Shown: positions 20,020 through 30,332, counted from the first letter of the stretch. The stretch: DNA of 64,000 nucleotides from Lacibacter sp. (GCA_046593655.1 JBKJNM010000089.1:3375-67374), one strand, 5' to 3'. Program-made: numbers and translations. The notes: a model not told the origin generated them from the sequence alone.

Positions 20020-20049
20020 ACATAATTCTCACAAACCTTTTTACGGGGT

Positions 20050-21126
20050 ATGGAACAAGTATTTTCTTATCAACATTTATTTTCTTTTACAAAGGACGTG
20101 TTTCTTGCAATGGGATGCATTGAATCAGATGCTGAAACGGCTACAAAAGCATTGCTTGCTGCAGATATACGTGGAATCGATTCGCATGGAGTAGCAAGAC
20201 TGAGTGGCTATGTTCGTTTGTGGCAGGCAAAGCGGATCAATGCAACGCCTAACATCCGCATCATTCATGAAACCCCTTCTACTGCAGTGGTTGATGGGGG
20301 TAGTGGTTTGGGTTTAGTTGTTGCACCTTTTGCAATGAATGTTGCCATTGAAAAAGCAAAAGCTGTTGGAAGTGGTTGGGTGAGTGTACAAAACAGTAAT
20401 CATTTTGGCATTGCAGGATATCATGCCATGATGGCTTTAGAATTTGATATGATTGGAATGGCCATGACTAATGCCTCTGCATTGGTTGCTCCAACTTTTT
20501 CAAACGAACGCATGTTGGGCACCAACCCAATTGCAGTTGCTGTGCCTGCAGGAACTGAACCACCATTTGTAGCTGATATGGCAACAACAACCGCAGCCAA
20601 TGGTAAGCTGGAAATATTGCAACGAAAAAACCAGGAAGCTCCAACAGGCTGGATACAGGATGCAGATGGTAATTCCACAAAAGATGCACATGCACTAAAA
20701 AACAAAGGAGCTTTATTGCCACTGGGCAGTGACAAAGAACATGGCAGTCATAAAGGTTACGCATTGGGATCTATTGTTGATATTTTTTCAGCCGTGTTGA
20801 GCGGAGCCAATTATGGTCCGTGGGTACCACCATTTCCTGCCTATGTGCCCATGCCCGAAAACCAGCCGGGTAAAGGGTTGGGACATTTTTTAGGAGCCAT
20901 GCGTATTGATGCGTTCCGTAAACCAGAAGAGTTTAAAAAAGATATGGATCAATGGATCCGTCGTTTCAGGAATGCAAAACCCATTGAGGGCTATGAAAAA
21001 GTGTTGATACCCGGTGACCCCGAAAGAGAATTTGAAGCACAACGAATGAAAGATGGCATTCCCTTGCTGGATAGTGTTGTTGAAGATTTAACTGAAGTTG
21101 GACGAAAGTTCAATATCAATCTTTAA
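20050..21126 (+). CDS. Ldh_2 family dehydrogenase (malate/L-lactate/ureidoglycolate type)
   Basis: ADIRGIDSHG, NSNHFGIAGY, GTNPIAVA, DMATT, HKGYALG. Confidence 0.9.
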   Translation: MEQVFSYQHLFSFTKDVFLAMGCIESDAETATKALLAADIRGIDSHGVARLSGYVRLWQAKRINATPNIRIIHETPSTAVVDGGSGLGLVVAPFAMNVAIEKAKAVGSGWVSVQNSNHFGIAGYHAMMALEFDMIGMAMTNASALVAPTFSNERMLGTNPIAVAVPAGTEPPFVADMATTTAANGKLEILQRKNQEAPTGWIQDADGNSTKDAHALKNKGALLPLGSDKEHGSHKGYALGSIVDIFSAVLSGANYGPWVPPFPAYVPMPENQPGKGLGHFLGAMRIDAFRKPEEFKKDMDQWIRRFRNAKPIEGYEKVLIPGDPEREFEAQRMKDGIPLLDSVVEDLTEVGRKFNINL

Positions 21127-21288
21127 TTTCAACGTCCATTAACAATTGATTGCGGGGAAATGTTTACAGTTGCGTATCTGCACTGATAATGAGTTCTGTT
21201 GATTTTGTACTTGAATAAGCGGGTTATTACACAAATGGAAGATGGCTGGGGGTGATGAAGGATATTCATTTATAAAACTGTGCAACTT

Positions 21289-21296
21289 TATATTTG
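21289..21296 (+). promoter_or_regulatory. -7 element of lysC
   Basis: TATATTTG about 90 nt before the ATG at 21389. Confidence 0.55.
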
Positions 21297-21388
21297 CCAA
21301 ACGACTTCAGAACAGAAAGAATAAAAGGGGCGACAAAAAAATTGCAATTGATAATTAAGTTGATAACATTAAAATAAATCAGAAAGAG

Positions 21389-22711
21389 ATGAAAGTGATG
21401 AAGTTTGGTGGCACCTCTGTAGGCAAGCCTGAAAGAATGCATGATGTTGCAAAACTTGTTATACGTGACGAAGAACCAAAGATCGTTGTATTGAGTGCCT
21501 TGAGTGGCACAACCAATGCGTTGGTTGAAATTGGTCAATCACTTGCAACGGGCGATAAAACCGCTGCAAAAGAACAGATTGACAAACTGGACACACATTA
21601 CCAAAACTTCATCAGCAATCTCTTAACTACAAAAGAAGCACAGGAAAGAAGCAGGGCAATTATTGCCGAGCATTTTGAATTCCTGAATATCATATTAAAA
21701 ATCTCCTTCAATGAAGCATTGAATAAAGATATTCTTGCACAGGGTGAACTGATGAGTACAAAAATGTTCAGCTCTTATTTGGAAGAAAAGGGAATTGACC
21801 ATTTATTATTGCCGGCATTAGACTTCATGACCATTGATACATATGAAGAACCGCAGATAGGGAGTATTAAAGTAAAGTTGAGTCAACTGCTCAATCAGCA
21901 TAAGGATAAGAAGATTTTTATCACACAGGGATACATCAGCCGTAACGCAAGAGGAGAGGTTGATAATTTAAAACGTGGCGGTAGCGATTATAGTGCATCA
22001 TTAATTGCGGCTGCTATTAATGCAAGTGTGTGTGAAATATGGACAGATATTGATGGTATGCACAATAATGACCCACGCATTGTAAAGAAAACTGTTGCCA
22101 TTGAGCAGTTGAGTTTTGATGAAGCGGCGGAGCTGGCTTATTTCGGTGCAAAAATTCTGCACCCGGCTTCTATATGGCCTGCACAACTTTATAAAATTCC
22201 GGTAAAGTTACTCAACACCATGCAACCCGATGCAAAAGGTACATTGATCACCGAAGAAGCAGGAAGTGTGGGTGTAAAAGCAGTAGCAGCTAAAGATGGC
22301 ATTACAGCTATTAAAATTAAAAGCAGCCGCATGTTACTGGCGTATGGTTTTTTGCGAAAAGTATTTGAAGTGTTTGAAAAGTACCGTACATCCATTGATA
22401 TGATCACCACTTCTGAAGTAGCTGTTTCATTAACAATTGACAACAACAGTTCTTTAAACGAAATCATCCGTGAGTTGGAAGCATTTGGCACCGTTGAACT
22501 GGATAAAGACCAGGCCATCGTAAGTATTGTAGGTAATGAAATTGGACAAACTGAATATATTCTTCATAAATTATTTGAAAGCATTGCTGATATACCGGTA
22601 CGTATGGTAAGTTATGGAGGCAGCCCGCATAATGTTTCATTACTTGTGCCTGCTGCATATAAAACTCAAACCTTACAGGTGCTGAATAAAGGGATATTCG
22701 GACTTGATTAA
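21389..22711 (+). CDS. lysC: Monofunctional aspartate kinase
   Basis: KFGGTSVG, RGGSDYSA, EIWTDIDG, ELAYFGAKILHP, two ACT domains. Confidence 0.95.
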   Translation: MKVMKFGGTSVGKPERMHDVAKLVIRDEEPKIVVLSALSGTTNALVEIGQSLATGDKTAAKEQIDKLDTHYQNFISNLLTTKEAQERSRAIIAEHFEFLNIILKISFNEALNKDILAQGELMSTKMFSSYLEEKGIDHLLLPALDFMTIDTYEEPQIGSIKVKLSQLLNQHKDKKIFITQGYISRNARGEVDNLKRGGSDYSASLIAAAINASVCEIWTDIDGMHNNDPRIVKKTVAIEQLSFDEAAELAYFGAKILHPASIWPAQLYKIPVKLLNTMQPDAKGTLITEEAGSVGVKAVAAKDGITAIKIKSSRMLLAYGFLRKVFEVFEKYRTSIDMITTSEVAVSLTIDNNSSLNEIIRELEAFGTVELDKDQAIVSIVGNEIGQTEYILHKLFESIADIPVRMVSYGGSPHNVSLLVPAAYKTQTLQVLNKGIFGLD

Positions 22712-22776
22712 AGTTTGTTATCTATTCTATCATTAGTTGCTAAACAACTGCAGTTGTATCTTCAAACAAAAACGAA

Positions 22777-23628
22777 TTGAAAAAATTATTTTTTTTTTCG
22801 GCAATCCTGCTTACGTCACAACTCTCCGCTCAAAACCTGCAAGGTGTATGGGAAGGGAAGTTAAAGCTGAATGAGAAAGGCAGCAAATACCTCAACGTAA
22901 GGCTGGAACTGATGCAGGAAGATAGCAGCCTGTTTGGATTACTGTACACAAGAGGCCTTGAAAAAAACACCATCTTCGGTTGTGATTATTTTGTAACAGG
23001 ATTTAAGGCTGATAATAGATATCATTTTAAGTGGCAAAAAGTGCAACGCTCGGTAGCAATGACTGAAAAAGATTGCCAAACTTTTGCTCAACTTAAACTC
23101 AATTTCAAACAAAAAGATTCAGTCACAAAACTGGATGGATTTTGGATTTGGCAAAGTGGACAGGAAGATTTTGTCAGTTGGAATAAGGTAAGTGACAGCA
23201 TTTCAGATATGGCTACAGATGAAATTTCTGTTTATGTCAATAATTTGTATGAGTTGTTTGAAAAATCAGGAATGATGCTTCCTGTAAACGAAAGGCTGCC
23301 CAAAAAAGTTTTTGATATGGAGGTTGACAGCAGTGAAGTAATTGTTGAATTTTCAACCATTGATTCAAGTAAATATGATTCGATTGCAGTTTTTTTTAAC
23401 GGGAATAAGATTGCTGAATCGCAATCCCTTTTAAGAAAGACTCTTCGGGTGAGGCTGCAATCAATACCAACTGGTGTAAATGATATGATGGTGGTGAGTC
23501 AATCAACTGAACAGTTTAAGGTTAATGTTCAGGTAAAGGTTTTATATAAAGGAGAGTTAAGTTTTATTACGATTCATCCTGGTATTTCCATTAATTCACT
23601 TCTTTTGTTTACAAGAAATCAGGAATGA
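22777..23628 (+). CDS. Hypothetical secreted protein
   Basis: TTG start, signal peptide (LSAQ), 283 aa, no recognised catalytic motif. Confidence 0.75.
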   Translation: MKKLFFFSAILLTSQLSAQNLQGVWEGKLKLNEKGSKYLNVRLELMQEDSSLFGLLYTRGLEKNTIFGCDYFVTGFKADNRYHFKWQKVQRSVAMTEKDCQTFAQLKLNFKQKDSVTKLDGFWIWQSGQEDFVSWNKVSDSISDMATDEISVYVNNLYELFEKSGMMLPVNERLPKKVFDMEVDSSEVIVEFSTIDSSKYDSIAVFFNGNKIAESQSLLRKTLRVRLQSIPTGVNDMMVVSQSTEQFKVNVQVKVLYKGELSFITIHPGISINSLLLFTRNQE

Positions 23629-23675
23629 TGGCCGGAAACATTTCATTTATATTTGTTCTCTTAATTTAAGATTGC

Positions 23676-24905
23676 ATGCACCCAGCTTCGAAAGTTTCGT
23701 TTGACAATACAGCCAATGCCTTTGCATACAAAAATGATCAGCAGTTAAAGAAAGCGCAATTTCTTTTTTCTTCTATGGGATATAATTGGTTGGTGCAATT
23801 GGGTACACGTTTAACTCCCTGGGCCATTAAAGCCGGTTTACCTGTTAAAAAATTAATCAGGGATACTTTGTTTGAACAATTTGTTGGTGGCGAAACCTTG
23901 CAGGAAACTGCAAAGGTGGCGGATAAATTAGAAGAATTTCATGTGCAGGTAATTCTTGATTATGGTGTTGAAGGTGGTGATTATGGCGAAGATGAAAAAG
24001 ATCACGCTTGCGAAGAATTTATTAAGGTAGTTGAATATGCGGCAACACAAGCCAACATTCCTTTCATGAGTGTTAAGGTTACAGGCCTTGCCCGGTTTGC
24101 CTTATTAGAAAAAATGGATGAGTTGATGCATCGGGCTGAAGGAACATTGATCAAACGATATGAAAAAACAGTAAAGCAATTAAGCACAACAGAAAGAGCA
24201 GAGTGGCAATTGGTTTGTAACCGAATGGAAAAAGTGTGCTCAACTGCTGCAGTAAAAAAAGTGGCTGTATTAATTGATGCTGAAGAAACATGGATACAAG
24301 ATCCTGTTGATGCGTTAACCATGCTCATGATGGATGAGCACAATAAAACAACTGCTATTGTTTATAATACAGCCCAGCTTTATCGTCATGATCGTTATCA
24401 ATTTATTCATGATTGTTTTGAAGCGGCTGAACAACGAAATTTTATCCTGGGAATAAAAATTGTTCGAGGCGCTTATATGGAGAAAGAAAGAAAGCGGGCA
24501 CAGGAACTTAGTTATCCATCACCCATTCAACCCGATAAAGAAAGTTGCGACAGAGATTATAACAATGCCGTTGAATTTTGTTTACACCATGTTGATCGTA
24601 TTGCAACCATCATTGCAACGCATAATGAAAACAGTAATCTGCTTGGAGCTCAATTGTTGCACAGCAAAGGATTGCCGCATCATCATCCGCATGTGCATTT
24701 CAGCCAGTTATATGGCATGAGCGATCATATTACTTTTAATCTTGCAAAAGAAGGATACTCCGTTAGTAAATATTTGCCGTTCGGGCCTATTGAAGATGTT
24801 GTTCCTTACCTCATGCGCAGGGCACAGGAAAACAGCTCTATGAGCGGACAAACAGGAAGAGAACTGGCTTTGATTAAAAAAGAAATGAAACGAAGGGAGC
24901 TTTAA
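23676..24905 (+). CDS. Monofunctional proline dehydrogenase
   Basis: LIDAEETWIQ, KIVRGAYMEKE, ATHN, FSQLYGM, KYLPFGP..PYLMRRAQEN. Confidence 0.93.
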   Translation: MHPASKVSFDNTANAFAYKNDQQLKKAQFLFSSMGYNWLVQLGTRLTPWAIKAGLPVKKLIRDTLFEQFVGGETLQETAKVADKLEEFHVQVILDYGVEGGDYGEDEKDHACEEFIKVVEYAATQANIPFMSVKVTGLARFALLEKMDELMHRAEGTLIKRYEKTVKQLSTTERAEWQLVCNRMEKVCSTAAVKKVAVLIDAEETWIQDPVDALTMLMMDEHNKTTAIVYNTAQLYRHDRYQFIHDCFEAAEQRNFILGIKIVRGAYMEKERKRAQELSYPSPIQPDKESCDRDYNNAVEFCLHHVDRIATIIATHNENSNLLGAQLLHSKGLPHHHPHVHFSQLYGMSDHITFNLAKEGYSVSKYLPFGPIEDVVPYLMRRAQENSSMSGQTGRELALIKKEMKRREL

Positions 24906-24982
24906 TCCTTCATTCTTCCACATCTTGCTCACAGGAGCTATCTTACTCCTTGTTGCTTGCGGCTTTTAATTAACTTGCACCC

Positions 24983-25777
24983 ATGCAACAATACCATGCT
25001 TTACTGCAGCATATTTTAGATACAGGTGTTGAAAAAACCGATCGTACTGGAACGGGTACTAAAAGTGTATTTGGTTACCAGATGCGGTTCGATCTGGCCA
25101 AAGGATTCCCCATGGTTACAACAAAAAAAATTCATTTACGCAGCATCGTACATGAGTTACTTTGGTTTTTAAAAGGCGAAACCAATATTACCTATTTAAA
25201 AGAAAACGGAGTAGGTATCTGGAATGAATGGGCTGATGAAAACGGGGAGCTTGGTCCGGTGTATGGAAAGCAATGGCGTAGTTGGGAAGGAGCCAATGGA
25301 GTAGTGGTTGACCAGATAAAAGAGTTAATTGCGCAGATAAAAAAAAATCCAGACAGCAGAAGACTCATCATCAGTGCGTGGAATGTGGCTGAATTGCCAA
25401 AGATGGCATTGATGCCCTGTCATACTATTTTTCAATTCTATGTGGCAGATGGAAAATTAAGTTGCCAGTTATACCAACGCAGTGCTGATGTGTTTCTTGG
25501 CGTTCCATTTAATATTGCTTCCTACGCTTTACTTACGTTGATGATTGCACAGGTTTGTGACCTGGAACCGGGTGAGTTTATTCATACTTTTGGTGATGTT
25601 CATATTTACAACAATCATATGGAACAGGTGAAGCTACAGTTGAGCAGAGATTTCTTTCCCCTTCCATCCATGAAATTAAACACTGAAGTAAAAGATATTT
25701 TTGAATTTAAGTTTGAAGATTTTACCCTTGAAAATTATCAGAGTCACCCAGCAATCAAAGCGCCGGTAGCAGTTTGA
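24983..25777 (+). CDS. thyA: Thymidylate synthase
   Basis: [45 protein letters not shown]. Confidence 0.98.
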   Translation: MQQYHALLQHILDTGVEKTDRTGTGTKSVFGYQMRFDLAKGFPMVTTKKIHLRSIVHELLWFLKGETNITYLKENGVGIWNEWADENGELGPVYGKQWRSWEGANGVVVDQIKELIAQIKKNPDSRRLIISAWNVAELPKMALMPCHTIFQFYVADGKLSCQLYQRSADVFLGVPFNIASYALLTLMIAQVCDLEPGEFIHTFGDVHIYNNHMEQVKLQLSRDFFPLPSMKLNTEVKDIFEFKFEDFTLENYQSHPAIKAPVAV

Positions 25778-25807
25778 GTCAATATTCAACATTATTAAAT
25801 CAGAAAA

Positions 25808-26317
25808 TTGAGAATAAGTTTAATCGTTGCCGCTTCAACAAACAATGCCATTGGCAAGAGCAATCAATTGCTCTGGCATTTACCCATCGATTTGAAATTT
25901 TTCAAGAATACGACATGGGCCTTACCTGTGATCATGGGAAGAAAAACATTTGAATCGGTGGGCAGTAAGCCATTAACAGGAAGAACAAATATTGTTGTTT
26001 CACGAAAGACTGATTTAACATCGGAATTTGATCATGTTTGGTTCGCCGTTTCATTGGAGGATGCACTGGAACAATCAAAAAAACTGGAAACAAAAGAAAT
26101 CTGCATTGCCGGCGGTGCTCAAATTTATGAACAGGCAATGAGAATCGCCAATCGTATTTATATGACAAGAGTGCATGCACATTTTGAAGCAGATGCATTT
26201 TTCCCTGCTATCAATGATGCCATTTGGGAACTTACGCAGAACAAAGATTTTGAAGCAGATGAAAAACATGCTTACTCCTTTTCCATTCAGCAATGGAATA
26301 GAATAAGTGAAAAGTAA
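25808..26317 (+). CDS. folA: Dihydrofolate reductase
   Basis: IGKSNQLLWHLPIDLKFFK, VIMGRKTF, GRTNIVVS, GGAQIY; follows thyA. Confidence 0.96.
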   Translation: MRISLIVAASTNNAIGKSNQLLWHLPIDLKFFKNTTWALPVIMGRKTFESVGSKPLTGRTNIVVSRKTDLTSEFDHVWFAVSLEDALEQSKKLETKEICIAGGAQIYEQAMRIANRIYMTRVHAHFEADAFFPAINDAIWELTQNKDFEADEKHAYSFSIQQWNRISEK

Positions 26318-26389
26318 AAAGTTGAAAGTGGAAAGTTATGAGTCGATCACTTTCTCATTTCTGATTTTATATTTCTAATTTTTGATTCG
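26305..26389. repeat. Two period-7 arrays in inverted orientation
   Basis: aagtgaa aagtaaa aagttga aagtgga aagttat, then cactttc tcatttc tgatttt atatttc taatttt. Confidence 0.8.
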
Positions 26390-26393
26390 CAAC

Positions 26394-27191
26394 ATGTATT
26401 CTTCATTTCAGCTATCTATAAAATATCTCAACTATTACTTTACTGCATCTAATGGAAAGGGGCATGGTATTCATTCACCTTTTGTATTCAACCTGGTGGT
26501 TAAAATGCTGAATGATGAAACAAAATATGCTGTGTATAAAGAAATAGAAGCACAACGAATTCTGCTGCTGGGCAATAAAACCATTCTTGCAGTGGAAGAT
26601 TTTGGTGCAGGCTCAGCAAAAGGATTGAAAAAACATCGGGTAGTACAAGAGATTGCCGTTTGTTCTTTAAAAAAACCAAAGTATGCTCAACTGCTGTATC
26701 GCCTGGTTAATTATTTTCAACCAAAGCAAATAGTGGAACTGGGCACCTCATTAGGTATTACAACCGCTTACCTCGCTAAAGCCAAACAGGATGCACAGGT
26801 AATAACAATGGAAGGGTCGGCTGCTATTGCAACAATAGCTGAGTCTGTGTTTAAAAAATTACAATTGCAAAATATTCATTTGGTTACCGGCAATTTTGAT
26901 GAAACGCTACAGTCAACCATCAACCAACTCTCAACTGTTAACTTTGCATTTATTGATGGTAACCACAGGAAAGAACCCACACTAAACTATTTTCTCCAGT
27001 TGCTCGATCATGCTGATGATACAACAGTGATGGTTTTTGATGATATACATTGGAGTGAGGAAATGGAAGAAGCATGGGAAAAAATTAAACAGCATTCAGC
27101 CGTTACATTAACGATTGATTTGTTTTTTATCGGTTTAGTGTTTTTCAGGAAAGAGCAGAAAGAGAAAGAGCATTTTGTTATTCGTTTTTAA
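26394..27191 (+). CDS. Class I SAM-dependent methyltransferase
   Basis: IVELGTSLG, TMEGS, FAFIDGNH, VFDDIHWS; likely ATG at 26394. Confidence 0.85.
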   Translation: MYSSFQLSIKYLNYYFTASNGKGHGIHSPFVFNLVVKMLNDETKYAVYKEIEAQRILLLGNKTILAVEDFGAGSAKGLKKHRVVQEIAVCSLKKPKYAQLLYRLVNYFQPKQIVELGTSLGITTAYLAKAKQDAQVITMEGSAAIATIAESVFKKLQLQNIHLVTGNFDETLQSTINQLSTVNFAFIDGNHRKEPTLNYFLQLLDHADDTTVMVFDDIHWSEEMEEAWEKIKQHSAVTLTIDLFFIGLVFFRKEQKEKEHFVIRF

Positions 27192-27197
27192 TTTATT

Positions 27198-28577
27198 ATG
27201 AATCTGCCAAATGCACTTATTGATTCAATTAAAAAAGTCAAAGGCTTTAACAAAGAAGCGTTTGAACAGGTGCATGCAAGTGGTGAGCAGGTAGTGTCAA
27301 TTCGAACAAACCCATTAAAGTGGTCAATGAGCCAACAGCATGGCAGTATTCACCATTCACCACTCATCATTCACTCTTCTGTTCCCTGGTCATCAAACGG
27401 CTTTTATCTCACCGAACGCCCTTCCTTTACTCTTGATCCTTTATTGCATGCCGGAGTTTATTATGTGCAGGAAGCAAGCAGTATGTTTTTAGAACAAGCC
27501 ATTTTACAAACGGTTGATGTATCGCAGCCCTTACTTGTACTTGATCTTTGTGCAGCTCCCGGTGGTAAATCCACCTTGCTGCAATCGGTTATCAGCAAAG
27601 AAAGCTTACTTGTGAGCAATGAGGTTATTCAAACAAGAGTGCATATTTTAAAAGAAAATATGATCAAATGGGGTGGCAGTAATGTGGTAGTTACCAATAA
27701 CGATCCCAGGGAATTTTCAAAACTCAAAGGATTGTTTGATGTGCTGGTAATTGATGCACCCTGCAGTGGCAGTGGATTATTTCGTCGTGACCCACAGGCG
27801 ATCAATGAATGGAGCGAAGACAATGTGCATCTCTGCAATCAGCGGCAGCAAAGGATTATAGCGGATGTATGGGATTGTTTGAAAGAAGATGGGGTGCTCA
27901 TCTATTCAACCTGTTCGTATTCTTCTGAAGAGGATGAAGAGATTCTTGATTGGATGACCGAAAAGTGGAAAGTGGAAAGTGTACAGTTAAAAGTGGAAGA
28001 CAATTGGAATATTGATGAAGTGCAATCTATAACAGGAGCTTATGGATATCGTTTCTGGCCCTACAAAGTAAAAGGGGAAGGTTTTTTTATTGCTGCATTT
28101 AAAAAGAAAGAAGAAACAGATATAGTTAAGATGAAAGTAAAGGCAATGCAACTGCCATTAAAAAATGAAACAGCTATTGCAGCAAATTGGTTACAAAAAA
28201 TTGAAGGGTTGTCATTTATTCTGCAAGGGCAGAATATTGCAGTTGTTCCAACGCAATGGAATGAGCTTATTCAATTTCTGATGCAGGTACTAAAAGTGAG
28301 GTATACAGGCGTAGAGTTAGGAACAATCGCCAAAAATGATTTACTGCCAGAACATGCATTGGCCTTATCAACCTTAGGCAACAATTCCGTTTATACAGTT
28401 GAATTGGATATTAAACAGTCATTGAATTATTTGCGCAGGAATGAAATAATGATCAGCAATGAGCATAAAGGCTGGGCATTGGTTCAATATAATGGATATT
28501 ATCTTGGATGGATAAAGATGCTGGGTAATCGCATCAATAATTACTATCCTAAAGAATGGCGCATACTCATGCGCTGA
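27198..28577 (+). CDS. rsmF: RsmB/RsmF family RNA m5C methyltransferase
   Basis: YYVQEASSM, DLCAAPGGKS, DAPCSGSG, YSTCS, RFWP; RsmF-type C-terminus (RINNYYPKEWRI). Confidence 0.85.
   Translation: MNLPNALIDSIKKVKGFNKEAFEQVHASGEQVVSIRTNPLKWSMSQQHGSIHHSPLIIHSSVPWSSNGFYLTERPSFTLDPLLHAGVYYVQEASSMFLEQAILQTVDVSQPLLVLDLCAAPGGKSTLLQSVISKESLLVSNEVIQTRVHILKENMIKWGGSNVVVTNNDPREFSKLKGLFDVLVIDAPCSGSGLFRRDPQAINEWSEDNVHLCNQRQQRIIADVWDCLKEDGVLIYSTCSYSSEEDEEILDWMTEKWKVESVQLKVEDNWNIDEVQSITGAYGYRFWPYKVKGEGFFIAAFKKKEETDIVKMKVKAMQLPLKNETAIAANWLQKIEGLSFILQGQNIAVVPTQWNELIQFLMQVLKVRYTGVELGTIAKNDLLPEHALALSTLGNNSVYTVELDIKQSLNYLRRNEIMISNEHKGWALVQYNGYYLGWIKMLGNRINNYYPKEWRILMR
27348..27377. repeat. Period-7 array inside rsmF (N-terminal linker)
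   Basis: tcaccat tcaccac tcatcat tcactct; encodes IHHSPLIIHS. Confidence 0.8.
27962..27996. repeat. Period-7 array inside rsmF (second site)
   Basis: aaagtgg aaagtgg aaagtgt acagtta aaagtgg; encodes KWKVESVQLKV. Confidence 0.8.
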
Positions 28578-28580
28578 TGT

Positions 28581-30224
28581 TTATTTGAATTTTGTATTGA
28601 ACAGCAATTTCAAACCCGTCCAGATAATAATTATAACACTGCTGTAGAATAATACTTTAACTCCCCGGCTCTCCGGTTGATAGATCATTAGCAATGTTGC
28701 ACAAATCATCAACAATCCAATAATAAATACAAAGGCAAGCCGGTTAAAATTTTGGCGTAAAGCTTTATTGGTAAAACTATCTTCCCTGAAGTTAATTTCA
28801 TGTTTCAACACACCTTTTCGGAGATTGTTCATCACTTCTTTAATGTCAACAGGAAGGCGGTCGATGATATACAGATAATCTTCAGCTGAGTTTAAAACTT
28901 TATTAATTATAGCATCGAAGCTGAACTTCTCTTTTATTTTTTGTTTGGCAAAAGGTTCAATCATATGAATGAGTGAAATATCTGCATCCAGTGATTCTGC
29001 AAATTTCTGAATAGTTCCCAATGCTTTCAACAGCATATAAAGATTGGAAGGAACTCTCAATCCATGCCGTAGAATCACTTTAAATGTTTCGGCCATAAGG
29101 GCCGACAGATCAACTTTATCATACGAAATATAACTGTACTTATGAATTAGCTCACTGATTTCAAATTCAAGATCAGCCTGATCTTTATAAAAACCAATCT
29201 CCAGTAATACAAGTAAAGCCTTGGTGATACGATGCGTATCCTTTCTTGCAAAGCCCAGCATAAAATTGATGAGCGCCTGTATCTGCGCAGGTTTCAAGCT
29301 GGCTGTCATTCCGTGATCGAGCAATACCACTTGGTTGTTACCCCTGATCAGTAGATTGCCTGCATGCGGATCCGCATGAAAAAAACCATACTGCAAAATC
29401 ATTTTCAATATTATATGAGTTCCATTCTCTGCAATTTGACGTGTATCAAAACCTCTTGCCAGTAATTCTTCTTTTGCATCGGGCTCAATACCGTTAATGT
29501 ATTCCATCACCAGTAATTTCTGGGTACTGTATTGGTTGTACACTTTTGGTATATAACAATGTTCATCATGCTTAAACATTTCAGAAAAACGCAGCATGTT
29601 TCCTGCTTCATTGGTAAAGTCAAGTTCTTTCTGAATGATGACGCCAAAGTCTTCTATAAAACCAATAACATTAAAGCTGGCCAGTTCCGGATTTGATTTT
29701 ACCACCTGCTCCGCCAATACTTTCATCAGTACAAGGTCTAAGGAAATTTTTTGCTTAATATGCGGACGTTGCACTTTTACGGCTACCTCTTCACCATTAT
29801 GTAATTTACCACGATACACCTGGGCTATGGAAGCGGAGGCGATGGGCATTTGATCGAGGGATGAAAAAACGTCACGAATTGGATCCCCTAACTCTTCTTC
29901 AATGATAATAAAGGCAATTTCATTGTCGAAAGGTTTGGCTGACGTTTGCAATTTTTTTAATTCATTACGGAGTTGTTCTGAAACAAGGTCGGGCCGATCA
30001 GCAATAATTTGCCCAAACTTTACAAATGTGGGACCCAGATCTTCAATCATTAAACGAATACGTTCGGCTCTTGATGTTAATTTTCTTCCTTTGGGGTCAA
30101 TGGTGCGCCTGAAAATACGGATTCCATACAACCAGTTTTTAAATAGATGTCTTGAAATAATCAATAAAATGCTGAGAAGCCTTATACTGTTTCTAAATAT
30201 GCGATTGATCCTGAATATCCACAT
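28581..30224 (-). CDS. ABC1/AarF/UbiB family atypical kinase
   Basis: LGPTFVKFGQ, ASASIAQVY, VAVKVQRP, ELDFTNEA, FFHADPHAGN, LLDHG, C-terminal TM helices. Confidence 0.92.
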   Translation of the reverse strand: MWIFRINRIFRNSIRLLSILLIISRHLFKNWLYGIRIFRRTIDPKGRKLTSRAERIRLMIEDLGPTFVKFGQIIADRPDLVSEQLRNELKKLQTSAKPFDNEIAFIIIEEELGDPIRDVFSSLDQMPIASASIAQVYRGKLHNGEEVAVKVQRPHIKQKISLDLVLMKVLAEQVVKSNPELASFNVIGFIEDFGVIIQKELDFTNEAGNMLRFSEMFKHDEHCYIPKVYNQYSTQKLLVMEYINGIEPDAKEELLARGFDTRQIAENGTHIILKMILQYGFFHADPHAGNLLIRGNNQVVLLDHGMTASLKPAQIQALINFMLGFARKDTHRITKALLVLLEIGFYKDQADLEFEISELIHKYSYISYDKVDLSALMAETFKVILRHGLRVPSNLYMLLKALGTIQKFAESLDADISLIHMIEPFAKQKIKEKFSFDAIINKVLNSAEDYLYIIDRLPVDIKEVMNNLRKGVLKHEINFREDSFTNKALRQNFNRLAFVFIIGLLMICATLLMIYQPESRGVKVLFYSSVIIIIWTGLKLLFNTKFK

Positions 30225-30332
30225 AAAAATGTATTAACCTTTCGGTAAAAAATATGTTTGTCTTTGTTAAACACGCTTTAAGGTAAAAATAAATGCTTAA
30301 TTGCAGCAGGAAGGTAATCACAAAAAAAATAT

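Noticed and set aside
21127-21388. Lysine riboswitch upstream of lysC
   Set aside because: The predicted leader is only about 90 nt and A-rich; no L-box motifs visible.
25339-25347. A9 tract in thyA as a phase-variation site
   Set aside because: Ile-Lys-Lys-Asn codons in a core metabolic gene; shows the background rate of such runs.
25996-26011. parS-like TGTTTCACGAAAGACT inside folA
   Set aside because: Only 12 of 16 positions match and the right half-site is broken; explained by coding sequence.
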